From a bacterium (GTDB lineage: Bacteria; UBA8248), in contig OZ253442.1 in assembly GCA_965261085.1 (NCBI GenBank), forward strand, positions 3,168,001 through 3,232,000: 64,000 nt of DNA. The letters are read 5' to 3'. The position numbers and the translations under genes were made by a program. Below are positions 39,061 to 48,285 of the stretch, piece after piece; the stretch's first letter is position 1; the number at the start of each line of letters is the position of its first letter. A model generated the notes under the pieces. That model saw nothing but the letters and a program-made list of their open reading frames with translations, did no database searches and was not told the origin of the DNA.

Positions 39061-39385
39061 CGCCGCGAGTCTGCTGGGAATCGCCATCGTCTGCACGTAT
39101 TCCTGGCGGTGGCTGGGCGTACTCGTCGCGGGCCGGATGGATGACGACAGCCCCATTTTCGAGTGGGTGACCTGCGTGGCCTACGCCATCGCCACCGGCT
39201 TGATGATGAAGATCATCCTGCTGCCCGGCGGCGCGCTCACCGAGACGCACCTCGTCGACCGCCTCGCGGGGCTGGCGGTCTGCGTGGGCGTCTTCTATTG
39301 TGCGGGAAAAAACCTGCTCGCAGGACTTGGCGCGGGCGTGTTCGTATTCATGCTGTTTCCGGGCTTGCGGAGCCTGCTGTTCTAG
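39053..39385 (+). CDS. AzlD family membrane protein
   Basis: TYSWR, small 3-4 TM protein overlapping the azlC-like gene. Confidence 0.72.
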   Translation: MPDAASLLGIAIVCTYSWRWLGVLVAGRMDDDSPIFEWVTCVAYAIATGLMMKIILLPGGALTETHLVDRLAGLAVCVGVFYCAGKNLLAGLGAGVFVFMLFPGLRSLLF

Positions 39386-39412
39386 CGTCACACAAACGAG
39401 AGGAGAGAAGCC

Positions 39413-40252
39413 ATGGACACCCCGGACACCCCCTGGACGCATGAAAAAAGCTGGCGCGAGGTGCGCGAATATCTCGATTCCGGCCACGATCTGGCCCTCC
39501 TGCCCGTGGGAAGCGTGGAGCAGCACGGCCCGCACATGCCCATGGGCCACGACGCGTTCGCCGCGCACTACGTCGCTCGAGACGCGGGGCAGCGAGCGGG
39601 CGTTCTCGCCTACCCCACCCTCTGGTACGGGTGGAGCAACAACCACATGGCGCTTCCGGGCACGATAACGCTCAGGCCCGAAACCCTGACCGCGATCGTC
39701 ACCGACATCATCGCGAGCATCCTCTACCACGGCTTCAACCGGGTGATCGTGGTGAACGGGCACAGAAGGGGCAACCTGGCGCCGCTCGAAATCGCCGTCA
39801 ACCAGATGCGGCAGAAAACGGGGGCCGCAATCGCCGTGGTGGACGTAGGGATCATCGCCTTCGATAAGGTGGCGGAAATCAGGACGACTCCTCCCGGCGG
39901 CGTGGGCCACGCGGATGAGCTGGAAACATCGCACGCGCTTCACATGTATCCCCACCTCGTGAACCAGGAGAAGGCCAAGCCCCGGATGTCCAACCCCAAC
40001 CCTGATTGGATGACGGCGCACCACATCACCGACCCGGCGGTGGACGCCCCCCGGTTTTTTTACCCCAAGACGGTCGCCGAATACCGGGCCGAGATTGGAG
40101 ACCAGGGGCAATCCGGCGACCCGACGGCGGCGACCGCAGAGAAAGGGCGCGCCTTCCACGAGGCCGTGGTGGAGAGGCTCATGGGCGTCATCGAATATAT
40201 CAAGACGCGCGAGGTGAAGGTCCACCACCGGCCCGCGCCGTTTGATGATTAA
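39413..40252 (+). CDS. Creatininase family amidohydrolase
   Basis: LPVGSVEQHGPHMPMGHD, PGTI, NGHRRGN, HADELETS, GDPTAATAEKG. Confidence 0.9.
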   Translation: MDTPDTPWTHEKSWREVREYLDSGHDLALLPVGSVEQHGPHMPMGHDAFAAHYVARDAGQRAGVLAYPTLWYGWSNNHMALPGTITLRPETLTAIVTDIIASILYHGFNRVIVVNGHRRGNLAPLEIAVNQMRQKTGAAIAVVDVGIIAFDKVAEIRTTPPGGVGHADELETSHALHMYPHLVNQEKAKPRMSNPNPDWMTAHHITDPAVDAPRFFYPKTVAEYRAEIGDQGQSGDPTAATAEKGRAFHEAVVERLMGVIEYIKTREVKVHHRPAPFDD

Positions 40253-40348
40253 AAAAAAAGGCGCATACCACAAGGCTTTTTCACCAATAGGGACTTTGAA
40301 AAAATCCCTTGAACGAGGGTTTGACGCGACCGATGAATGAGCAAGAAA

Positions 40349-40517
40349 CACTCCCCCCTTGAGGGGGAGTCGACGAGCTAAGGGCGCAAGCCCGAAAGCG
40401 AATCGGTGGGGGGTATGAATTTGAAGCGAATTCCTGCAGAAAACCAGAAGCATCCCCCCACCAGCTCGACTTCGGGCTTCGCCCTCGTCTTGCTGGCTCC
40501 CCCTCAAGGGGGGAGCG
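40349..40517. repeat. Inverted pair of ~67-bp REP-like palindromic units
   Basis: CTCCCCCCTTGAGGGGGAG..GGGCG(C)AAGCCCGAA..GGTGGGGGG at 40349-40417 and its imperfect reverse complement at 40450-40517. Confidence 0.8.
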
Positions 40518-40669
40518 ATTCTTCCTCTTTAATTTGACGCCAATGACCCTCAAGGAGGAGTGGTTGGTGAGTGCTCTAAAATGGGGGAGTGTTGTATCCT
40601 GACTCGTCGGTCATCTAAATACCCAGAATCACGAAATCAGTTTTTTTTAACAACCCCCAATACGGGAGA

Positions 40670-41854
40670 ATGAGGTTGCCTAGAAAAAGAGTAGGAAATT
40701 CCTTCATGGGCTACAGGCGGCCGAGCGGACCGCCCGGGGCCAGGAACCACCTCGTCGTAGTGAGCGCGATGGACAACGCCAACCCCCTCGTGCGCCGGAT
40801 CGGAAAACTCCTGCGCGAGGCGGTCATCGTGAACACCACTTTTGGCAGAAATCTCTTTGGGGATGATGAGAGGCAGCACTACCGGGTGATGGGCCGCACG
40901 GCGGGCCACCCGAACGTGGGGGCGGCCATCGTCGTGAGCCTGGAACCCAAAAGCGCGCAGGACGTGGCCGACGTGGCGGCGGAGGCGTCCCCCTGGATGC
41001 CCATCGAGACCCTCACCATCCACGAGACGGGCGGTACGCTTCAGACGGCGGCGCGCGGAGTGGTAATCGCCCAGAAATTGTATCAACACTTAAGCGCCGC
41101 AAGACGCAGGCGGTGTAATCTGTCCGAAATCACCCTGGGCACGGAATGCGGCGGTTCCGACACCACGAGCGGGCTGGTGGCCAACCCGGTCACCGGAGTC
41201 CTCTCGGACAGAATCGTGGACGCAGGGGGCGTGGTGCTTTTTTCAGAAACCATGGAAATCGTCGGCGCCGAACACCTTCTCGCAAAACGGGCGGCGAACG
41301 CGAAGGTGCGGAAAAAACTACTGGGAGCGGTCGCGCGCACGATGGACTACGCCCATGAGATGGGGATGGACATCATCGGCTGCAACCCGACGGAGGACAA
41401 CATTCAGGGCGGTCTTTCCTCGATTGAAGAAAAAAGCCTGGGCGCGGTGAAAAAAGCGGGCACGCGCGATATCGTGGACGTCATCTTTCCCGGCGAGCGG
41501 ACGAAAGAGCGCGGCTGCGTATTCCTGGACGCCCCGAGCGCGGGGGTCGAGAACGTCACGGCGCTGGCGGCGTGCGGGTCGCAGGCCATCGTATTCAACA
41601 CGGGGAACGGAAACCCTCTTGGGCATCCCGTCTCCCCCACCATCAAGGTGACGGCCAACCCCCGGACGGCGGCGCGCATGGCGGAGAACACGGATTTGGA
41701 CATCAGCGGCGTCATGCGCGGCGAACTCTCAAAGGATGAGGCCGTGGACCTCCTCCACGAGGAGTTGATAGCCGTTTTGAGCGGGAAATGGACGCGGGCG
41801 GAAATTCTGGAGGAAACCGAAATCACCGTGAGCCGCCTCGCGCTTAATTTGTAG
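40670..41854 (+). CDS. UxaA/GarD/SuyB family dehydratase, beta-subunit-like (no SAF domain); start uncertain
   Basis: GYRR..GARNH, HPNVG, ECGGSD, NIQGGLSSIEEKSLG, FNTGNG. Confidence 0.85.
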   Translation: MRLPRKRVGNSFMGYRRPSGPPGARNHLVVVSAMDNANPLVRRIGKLLREAVIVNTTFGRNLFGDDERQHYRVMGRTAGHPNVGAAIVVSLEPKSAQDVADVAAEASPWMPIETLTIHETGGTLQTAARGVVIAQKLYQHLSAARRRRCNLSEITLGTECGGSDTTSGLVANPVTGVLSDRIVDAGGVVLFSETMEIVGAEHLLAKRAANAKVRKKLLGAVARTMDYAHEMGMDIIGCNPTEDNIQGGLSSIEEKSLGAVKKAGTRDIVDVIFPGERTKERGCVFLDAPSAGVENVTALAACGSQAIVFNTGNGNPLGHPVSPTIKVTANPRTAARMAENTDLDISGVMRGELSKDEAVDLLHEELIAVLSGKWTRAEILEETEITVSRLALNL

Positions 41855-41928
41855 ATTTCCAACCGGGCGGACATTTCACTCGCCCGGATTCTTATCAGAT
41901 GAATTTTTCGATTGGATAGGAGTTTTTC

Positions 41929-43134
41929 ATGAACAACGCCATCACCCCCGTTCCCGTGGATGGGGACTACGTCGTCAGCCTCGCGCAGGAACTGATTCGT
42001 ATACCGGCGGAAAACCCGCCGGGGGACTGCTCCGCCATGGCCGAGCGCATTCTCGCGGAACTGAAAGCCATCGGCGTCGATGACGTCACCACCCATGAAT
42101 ACGAGGCGGGGATGCCCAATTTCATCATCCGCACAGGCGATGGCGGGCCGGGCGGGCACTTAGTCATCGGCGGCCACATGGACACCGTGCCCGTTCATCC
42201 CGACGAGGTGGAAGCCTGGGAGGTTCCCCCCTTCAGCGGAGAGCTCATAGGCGGTGAAATCTGGGGACGCGGCGCCGCCGACATGAAGGGCGCGCTCGCT
42301 TCGACCATCGGCGCGCTGAAAGCTCTCAAGGATGAGAAAATCTCTCTCAAGGGCACGCTCACCTGGGTCCTGCTCTCAGACGGGGAGAAGGGTGATTACT
42401 ACGGCGCGCAATCGCTCGTGAACCACGGCGTCCTGAAAGAAATCGGCGGCGACATGGTGCTCTACACCGAATCGACGGGCAACAACATCATCCGCTCCTT
42501 CAAGGGGCGGGTATTCTTCGAGGTGAAGGTGCGGGGCCGCTCGGTGCACGTGAGCGTGCCCGAGAAGGGAATCAACGCCATCGAGAAGATGGCCAAAATC
42601 ATCGACGCCTTCAGGGCGGAGCGCATCGCGCCGCCGCCGCACCCCTTCCTCGGGCCGGGTACTCTTGCCTTTTCCACCATCAAGGGGGGCTCCGCCGTGA
42701 ACGTCGTGGGCGGGCGGTGCAGCGCCACCTTAGACGTGCGCATGCTGCCGGGCCAAACTTCTGCGGGCGTCAAGGAGAAGTTAGAGGGCATTCTCGCCGA
42801 ACTCGCGGCGGATGACCCCGAATTCGACGCATCGGTGGAGATAATGCCCAGCGGCGCGCGCGAGGTGACCGAAGTCGCCGAGGATGAGCCCGTCGTCCAG
42901 CTCATGCGGGAAGTCGTCCCCGCCGTGCGCGGCAGGCCGAACGAGTATCTGCCCGGCATCGAATCGCCCGGCGCGCTCAGGCTCTTCATCGATAACGGAA
43001 TTCCGGGCGTTTTCTTCGGGCCGGGCGAATTCATCTCCGAGGCCCATCTGCCGAACGAGCGCGTGCCCGCGCAAAACCTCATCGACGCCGCCGGCATGTT
43101 CGCCACGGCCGCACGGGCGCACTGCAACGGGTAA
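41929..43134 (+). CDS. M20 family metallohydrolase (ArgE/DapE-like)
   Basis: GHMDTVP, GRGAADMKG, INAIEK, AHLPNE. Confidence 0.88.
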   Translation: MNNAITPVPVDGDYVVSLAQELIRIPAENPPGDCSAMAERILAELKAIGVDDVTTHEYEAGMPNFIIRTGDGGPGGHLVIGGHMDTVPVHPDEVEAWEVPPFSGELIGGEIWGRGAADMKGALASTIGALKALKDEKISLKGTLTWVLLSDGEKGDYYGAQSLVNHGVLKEIGGDMVLYTESTGNNIIRSFKGRVFFEVKVRGRSVHVSVPEKGINAIEKMAKIIDAFRAERIAPPPHPFLGPGTLAFSTIKGGSAVNVVGGRCSATLDVRMLPGQTSAGVKEKLEGILAELAADDPEFDASVEIMPSGAREVTEVAEDEPVVQLMREVVPAVRGRPNEYLPGIESPGALRLFIDNGIPGVFFGPGEFISEAHLPNERVPAQNLIDAAGMFATAARAHCNG

Positions 43135-43181
43135 GAAAGGGGGAGAGATACCAAGATACGCCTGCGGCATCTGCGCGAATA

Positions 43182-43475
43182 CTAGTCCGCGTCCTCGCGC
43201 CTGAGAAATTCCACCTTGAACCGAACCATTCCGAGGAGTTCCACGCGGTGTGGTTCGGTGGGCCTGATGACGCCGTCGAAGCCGGGTTCTAACCTTTGAT
43301 ATCGCTCGGGCGCATCCGGAACGACATAGTCGAGGCTGCCTTCGAGAACCACGATTCGGGCCCAAACGCCCGGCTTCGTGTCGTGCAGGGTCAGGAGTTT
43401 CTCGGGTACGGTCTTCTCGGTGAAGACTTCGCTTTCGAAGTACTTGACGAGCCCGTCTGGAATACTCTCGCTCAT
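43182..43475 (-). CDS. DUF1971 (YeaR/TehB N-terminal cupin-like) protein
   Basis: FTEKTVPEKLL.HDTKPGVWA, PHRVE, FKVEF; ATGA overlap with the globin. Confidence 0.82.
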   Translation of the reverse strand: MSESIPDGLVKYFESEVFTEKTVPEKLLTLHDTKPGVWARIVVLEGSLDYVVPDAPERYQRLEPGFDGVIRPTEPHRVELLGMVRFKVEFLRREDAD

Positions 43476-43921
43476 ACGCCCGACCTCCCGAGACCGGATG
43501 CGCCGAACATGGCGATTTGGAGACCTTTGGCGATTTGCCCGGCGTGATCCATGAAATAAGTGACCGCCTCCGTCGTCGGCGCCGTGTCCCTCAAGGTTTC
43601 TTCGAACAACTCCAGCCAGACGTCGAAATGCCAGGGCTGGACCTCCAGGAGTTTTTTGTGGGCGGGGATCGGCTCCCCCGAGTAGCGCCCGGCGTTCAAG
43701 GCCACCGACGCCCAAAAATCCTTCATCTTCCCGAGGTGGTGCTCCCAGTTATCGCGAATGGTTTCTTCAAAAATCGGTCCGATGAGCCGATCTGCACGGA
43801 TGCGGCTGTAGAAGGTATCCACGAGCACCGAGATGTAGGCGTCGTCAACCCCCATCGCGGCGGCCTTCTCCTGCACTTCTTGTCGGTGCTCACCCACGAT
43901 ATGGAGATGCGTCTTGTTCAT
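43472..43921 (-). CDS. Group III truncated hemoglobin
   Basis: LVDTFYSRIRAD.LIGPIF, WEHHL.KM.DFW, YSGEP..H, HFDVWLELF. Confidence 0.9.
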   Translation of the reverse strand: MNKTHLHIVGEHRQEVQEKAAAMGVDDAYISVLVDTFYSRIRADRLIGPIFEETIRDNWEHHLGKMKDFWASVALNAGRYSGEPIPAHKKLLEVQPWHFDVWLELFEETLRDTAPTTEAVTYFMDHAGQIAKGLQIAMFGASGLGRSGV

Positions 43922-44358
43922 GCGGCGTCTCCTGCAAGCAGGTCGAGAAGCGCGGGGTTGCGTTTCACGAGATCATAGACGGTATAGCGATCGAGAACGG
44001 TGAAAAAGGCTTCCTGCGCTTCGGCCAAAACGCTCTTGAGTTTGCAGTATGGCGTGATGAGGCACCCCCCGTTGCCGCCCGGAAAACACTCGACGAGGGC
44101 GCTGGCGCGCTCAGTTTGTCTCGCCACGGCCCCGACGGGGATATCCTCCGCCGGCTTGGCGAGCCTAAGGCCGCCGTTGCGGCCACGGAGCGTTTCGATA
44201 AACCCTGCGCGGCCCAACCCATGCGCGACCTTCATCAAATGGTTTTTCGAGATCCCGTATCGCTCCGCGATTTCGTGGATCGTGACAAGAGCATCCGTGT
44301 GGATGGCCAGATGCATCAGCATCCGCAGGGCATAGTCTGTTTGAAGCGTCAGCCGCAT
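43918..44358 (-). CDS. nsrR: Rrf2 family NO-sensing repressor (NsrR-like)
   Basis: MRLTLQTDYALR, ISKNHLMK, RGRNGG, LVECF..C....C three Fe-S cysteines. Confidence 0.85.
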   Translation of the reverse strand: MRLTLQTDYALRMLMHLAIHTDALVTIHEIAERYGISKNHLMKVAHGLGRAGFIETLRGRNGGLRLAKPAEDIPVGAVARQTERASALVECFPGGNGGCLITPYCKLKSVLAEAQEAFFTVLDRYTVYDLVKRNPALLDLLAGDAA

Positions 44359-44374
44359 CGGATGTCCTCCATAT

Positions 44375-44397
44375 AACATATATATAATATACATCTT
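44375..44397 (-). promoter_or_regulatory. NsrR-type operator
   Basis: AAGATGTAT-ATTAT-ATATATGTT versus the consensus AAGATGYAT-N5-ATRCATCTT, just upstream of the nsrR RBS. Confidence 0.7.
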
Positions 44398-44886
44398 TTT
44401 AGGAAACTTGCAACACCCACTCCCAACACAAAGGATGTATTCCCTGCCCGGTCAAAACCTCATCGCCCCCGTGGACATGTCCGCGGCCCCTACAGGCTCG
44501 CAAGGCATTCGATGAGGCCCCCTGAAACGAATACGGAAGAACACACAGGCAACATATATGTCTGCCCCTGCGAAACGATCGCAATTCCTCTCTCCCCGGT
44601 CCGCAATCGCTCCCTTTAGAGGCATCGAGCCGTTTTCATCGGCCATCAAATCTTGCTGTCATATTGATATTACTTTGCTACATTCATTATTTCCAATTTC
44701 GCTCGGAACAATGAATATTCATGATAATAGGGTTTCACGGCTGGAAAGAACGTTCGTGCTTATATAAGATAAAGCTGGCCAAACGCGCCGCATGAGATAC
44801 CCGTCACCAGCTTTCGGGCATAGTTCCGGATTGCCCTGGTATGACTACTGTGCCGCTGGGTTAAAAGCTGTTTCCGGCTCAAATAA

Positions 44887-44986
44887 ACTCGTACGCCATG
44901 CCGAACAGCAGGGGCTTACCCCGCACCGGCTGGAGGTGGAGGAGTTGTTCGGCGAAAAAGTGCGCGGAGACGAATTTTTGTCCTGA
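44887..44986 (+). pseudogene. 3' remnant of a 4,5-dihydroxyphthalate decarboxylase/SBP-like gene
   Basis: LVRHAEQQGLTPHRLEVEELF resembles that family's C-terminus; the upstream DNA is unrelated and AT-richer. Confidence 0.45.
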
Positions 44987-45004
44987 TATTCATGGAGAAG
45001 ACGC

Positions 45005-45691
45005 ATGGCAATCCTCAAAGCACGTCCCCAGGACGTGGAAATCGACTTGGCTCGAACCGCTTTCATCGTGGTCGACATGCAGAACGCATACGCAAAGAAG
45101 GGCGGAATGCTCGACCTGGGAATAGGCATTGACGAATCCCGCACGAACCCTGTCATCGCGGCCAACCAGCGCCTGCTCTCAGCGGCGCGCGCGGCCGGCG
45201 TCCAGGTATTCTATCTCCAGTTCGGGTACAAGCCCGACCTCAGCGACGCGGGGGGGCCGCGGTCGCCCAACATCCGCAAGCAGATGGCCATCAGGATGAT
45301 CAAGGAACGCCCGGCGGACCGCGATAAGCTCATCATCGAGGGAACGTGGGGGTGGGAGATTATCGACGAGCTCAAGCCCGAGCCGGGCGACCTGGTGGTA
45401 AAGAAAGCCCGCTACAGCGGCTTCGCGGGAACGACGCTGGAAAACCAACTCAATGGCCTCGACATCCGGCACATTCTCTTCACCGGCGTGGCCACGAACG
45501 TCTGCGTGGAGAGCACGGCGCGCGAGGCCTTTTTCCGCGAATTCTGGCCCATTCTCATCGAGGATGCGATGGATCACACCGGCCCGGACTTCACTCGCCA
45601 GGCCACCCTGTACAATTTCGAATCAAAATTCGGCTGGGTGACGAAAACGGATGACGTGCTGGACATGATGGAGCGCAACCAGGTCTCGTAG
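45005..45691 (+). CDS. Isochorismatase-family cysteine hydrolase (RutB-like)
   Basis: VVDMQN, KARYSGF, GVATNVCVEST, FGWV. Confidence 0.88.
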   Translation: MAILKARPQDVEIDLARTAFIVVDMQNAYAKKGGMLDLGIGIDESRTNPVIAANQRLLSAARAAGVQVFYLQFGYKPDLSDAGGPRSPNIRKQMAIRMIKERPADRDKLIIEGTWGWEIIDELKPEPGDLVVKKARYSGFAGTTLENQLNGLDIRHILFTGVATNVCVESTAREAFFREFWPILIEDAMDHTGPDFTRQATLYNFESKFGWVTKTDDVLDMMERNQVS

Positions 45692-46233
45692 AGCATCTCC
45701 CGCGTGGCGAATCGGCGAGCCCGCCGAGATGGAAGCCGCCTGGTTCTCGTTTCCCCGGCAAACGCCCGGCTTCATGAAATATTCGGGATGAACATCACTC
45801 GGTCCGTATAGGTAAAGAGTGCTCTGGTCCGAATTCCAGGGGCAACGCCACTACCCATACCATCGAGCCGATGAACTGAATTCCCTGATCCAGTTAGAAT
45901 CACAATCAATCAGGCTCGTTGGAATCCCGCCGAGCCACGTCGCTCAGTCCGCCCTTCGTCACCCGGATGCTGAGGATCTCGGCGTGCGAACCCTGCGAAA
46001 CAAGCGACAGGATCAGCGCTATGGCAGAAGACTTGGCCCTATGCATTGCCATCTCCTCTATTTCCAACGTTTGATCGGCAATATTCAGTAATCAGTTTTG
46101 CGTTGCGACGATCCCTTTTCCCGTCTCTTTTTCACGAAGCGCCCTCTCCCCCGCATACCGGAGGCGGGACACCTATGCTACAATGGGTGTAGTAGGGAGG
46201 AATCCTCCTCCCTCAGAAGGAAAAGGATTCCCC

Positions 46234-46623
46234 ATGAAAACGCCTTCTTTTTTGGCTCCCCTGGTTGAAGGAAACTCCCTGAAAAGACTATTCCAGGGTT
46301 TTGCGGCAGGTGTAATTTGCACGATGATCATCGGCTTTGGCTGGGGCGGATGGGTGCTCGGCGGCACTGCTGAGCAAATGGTGGAAACAGCAAGCGAAAC
46401 AGCCATGGTCGCGGCTTTGGCGCCCGTCTGCGCTGACAAGTTTCAGCGGGCGGTCAATACCGATAACGGTTTGGTTCCTAAACTCGCAGCGGTCAGTTCA
46501 TGGGAACGGGGCAGTCATTTGCTGAAAGCCGGCTGGGCAACTGCACCGGGAGGAGCAAAGCCAGACGACAATGTGGCGGAAGCGTGCGCCAACTTGCTCA
46601 ACAAGACCTTTAAACTGAAGTAG
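46234..46623 (+). CDS. Hypothetical membrane-anchored protein
   Basis: TM segment IIGFGWGGWV, APVCADKF, VAEACA; AAGGA RBS. Confidence 0.7.
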   Translation: MKTPSFLAPLVEGNSLKRLFQGFAAGVICTMIIGFGWGGWVLGGTAEQMVETASETAMVAALAPVCADKFQRAVNTDNGLVPKLAAVSSWERGSHLLKAGWATAPGGAKPDDNVAEACANLLNKTFKLK

Positions 46624-46774
46624 GTCGACAAAACCGGCCTCTAGCAGAAACCGCTCGCCCGTCGGCTATCGGGAGCAGCCTTTTACATCCCAGACGGGTT
46701 CGAATGCGGTACAGAGGCAGGGTGGTGAAATAGGTCCGATTTGTTGGACAGCCTGTCGGCTTGTTCATGTGTAT

Positions 46775-46814
46775 TCCGGATGCCCCCGCTACGGCCGTAG
46801 CGGGGGCATCCGGA
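46775..46814. repeat. Perfect 40-bp palindrome without spacer
   Basis: TCCGGATGCCCCCGCTACGG|CCGTAGCGGGGGCATCCGGA. Confidence 0.9.
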
Positions 46815-46831
46815 TCGCATCCTCCTCCAGC

Positions 46832-47146
46832 ATGTTGGCCAAGGTCGCGAGGCCCGCCGTCAGGCGGAAACCCTCGAAACTTGATGGACGCCGGCGGCTC
46901 GTGCGCTATCTCCTGGATCATCCGAAGGCCGGGACGGCCCGTGAAAGCCACGTTTCCGTCGACGTGCGGCTCATGAAGGGGCAAGTACGCAGAGGGCTTT
47001 CCAGGCCGGCGAGGGCGCGGAAGATGATTGCGGCCGATGAGGCCGTACTCTCCGGCGCCGCGTGCATCAAGGGAACCCGCATACCCGCTCACGATATCAC
47101 CGAAATGCTCGACAACGGCGACGGCGTGGACGACGTCCGCGCGGCT
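46832..47146 (+). pseudogene. DUF433 (antitoxin-like) gene remnant
   Basis: DEAVLSGAACIKGTRIPAHDITEMLDNGDGVDDVRAA, cut off where the msrA 3' end begins. Confidence 0.6.
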
Positions 47147-47758
47147 TCAGTTGTGGCCGGGGATGCCCTCGTAGGCATGTTCGCCCCAGACTTGCTTGAC
47201 CGTTTTGTCGCGGCCGCAACCCCAGCGGTAAAATTGGTAGCGGCGCGGGTTCTTTTCATAATAGTTCTGGTGATAATCTTCTGCGGCGTAAAACGGCGCT
47301 GCGGCGAGGATCGGGGTGACGATCGGTTTGTCGAGCAACTTTTGCGCCGACTTCTTGGAGGCCCCGGCCGCGCCGCGTTGCTTCTCGTTCGCGACGAAGA
47401 CGGCGGTCTGGTAGGACTGGCCGCGGTCGCAGAACTGGCCGCCGCCATCGGTCGGGTCGACCGAGCGCCAGAAAGCGGTGAGCAGCGCCTCATAGCCGAC
47501 CTTTGCCGGATCGTAGGTGATCTCGACCGCCTCGTAGTGCCCTGTGCCGCCGGCCGTAACTTGATCGTAGGTCGGGTTTTCGGTCTTGCCGCCGGTATAG
47601 CCGGAGATCGTCGCGACTACGCCCGGCACCTTGTCGAAATCCGACTCGACGCACCAGAAGCAGCCGCCGGCGAAGATCGCCTTGTCGAGTTGCTGTGCGC
47701 TTGCGGTGTGAGCGCAGAGTGAAAGCACCGCGACAACCGTCAGCATGATCCATTTCAT
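47147..47758 (-). CDS. msrA: Peptide-methionine (S)-S-oxide reductase, secreted
   Basis: Signal peptide, FAGGCFWCVE, SGYTGG, TGHYEAV, AEDYHQNYY. Confidence 0.95.
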   Translation of the reverse strand: MKWIMLTVVAVLSLCAHTASAQQLDKAIFAGGCFWCVESDFDKVPGVVATISGYTGGKTENPTYDQVTAGGTGHYEAVEITYDPAKVGYEALLTAFWRSVDPTDGGGQFCDRGQSYQTAVFVANEKQRGAAGASKKSAQKLLDKPIVTPILAAAPFYAAEDYHQNYYEKNPRRYQFYRWGCGRDKTVKQVWGEHAYEGIPGHN

Positions 47759-48285
47759 GATACGTCTCCGTTGTTGTGGCTCGGCCTTTATAGGCAAGGC
47801 CGGCGTAGCGATGGGCTACGCGCCGATTATAATCGCTCAGATTATTACACCAAAGCCCTCTGAAGGCGACTCTCGGAGCGGGTTTTCACCGGGTTCGATG
47901 CCAGGGTGCATCCGCCGGGGCCGGGACCGCATCCGGAGATCGACTGGCTCGCGGTCCTGTCGAGGAACTCCGAACCCTCACCGGAGCGGACTCGTCCGGG
48001 TGGCGCTGGCCGGTTACGCAACAACATGCGAAAATCCGTCCTCTGCCGGTTCCTCGAAGTTGCCGGGAGGCGCCGACGCAGATTGGCTTCGGAACCAGGG
48101 GCGAGAGCGCCATATCATGAAGGATGAGACAGGTCGACGACTTGGCCGCTAACCTTGGCGGACACCGGTTCGGTAGAGGTTTTCGACCCCGATGATTCAC
48201 GAGACGCCAACCGGGCCGGGCGGTTACCGGAGCCCGAACCGCGAACCGGCGGGCGGAAGCTCCGCGTGGGCGTACAGGGAGCGTT

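Noticed and set aside
37202-40252. ThrC-like, AzlCD and creatininase genes as a mycofactocin or other cofactor pathway
   Set aside because: No precursor peptide, radical SAM or other pathway genes; the evidence supports family-level calls only
45780-46100. Short ORFs between the RutB-like gene and the hypothetical protein, and at 47850-48150 and 60030-60280
   Set aside because: Possibly decayed fragments, but no family could be recognised
47147-47758. msrA as a possible third selenoprotein
   Set aside because: The catalytic motif is GCFWC with Cys codons and there is no in-frame TGA
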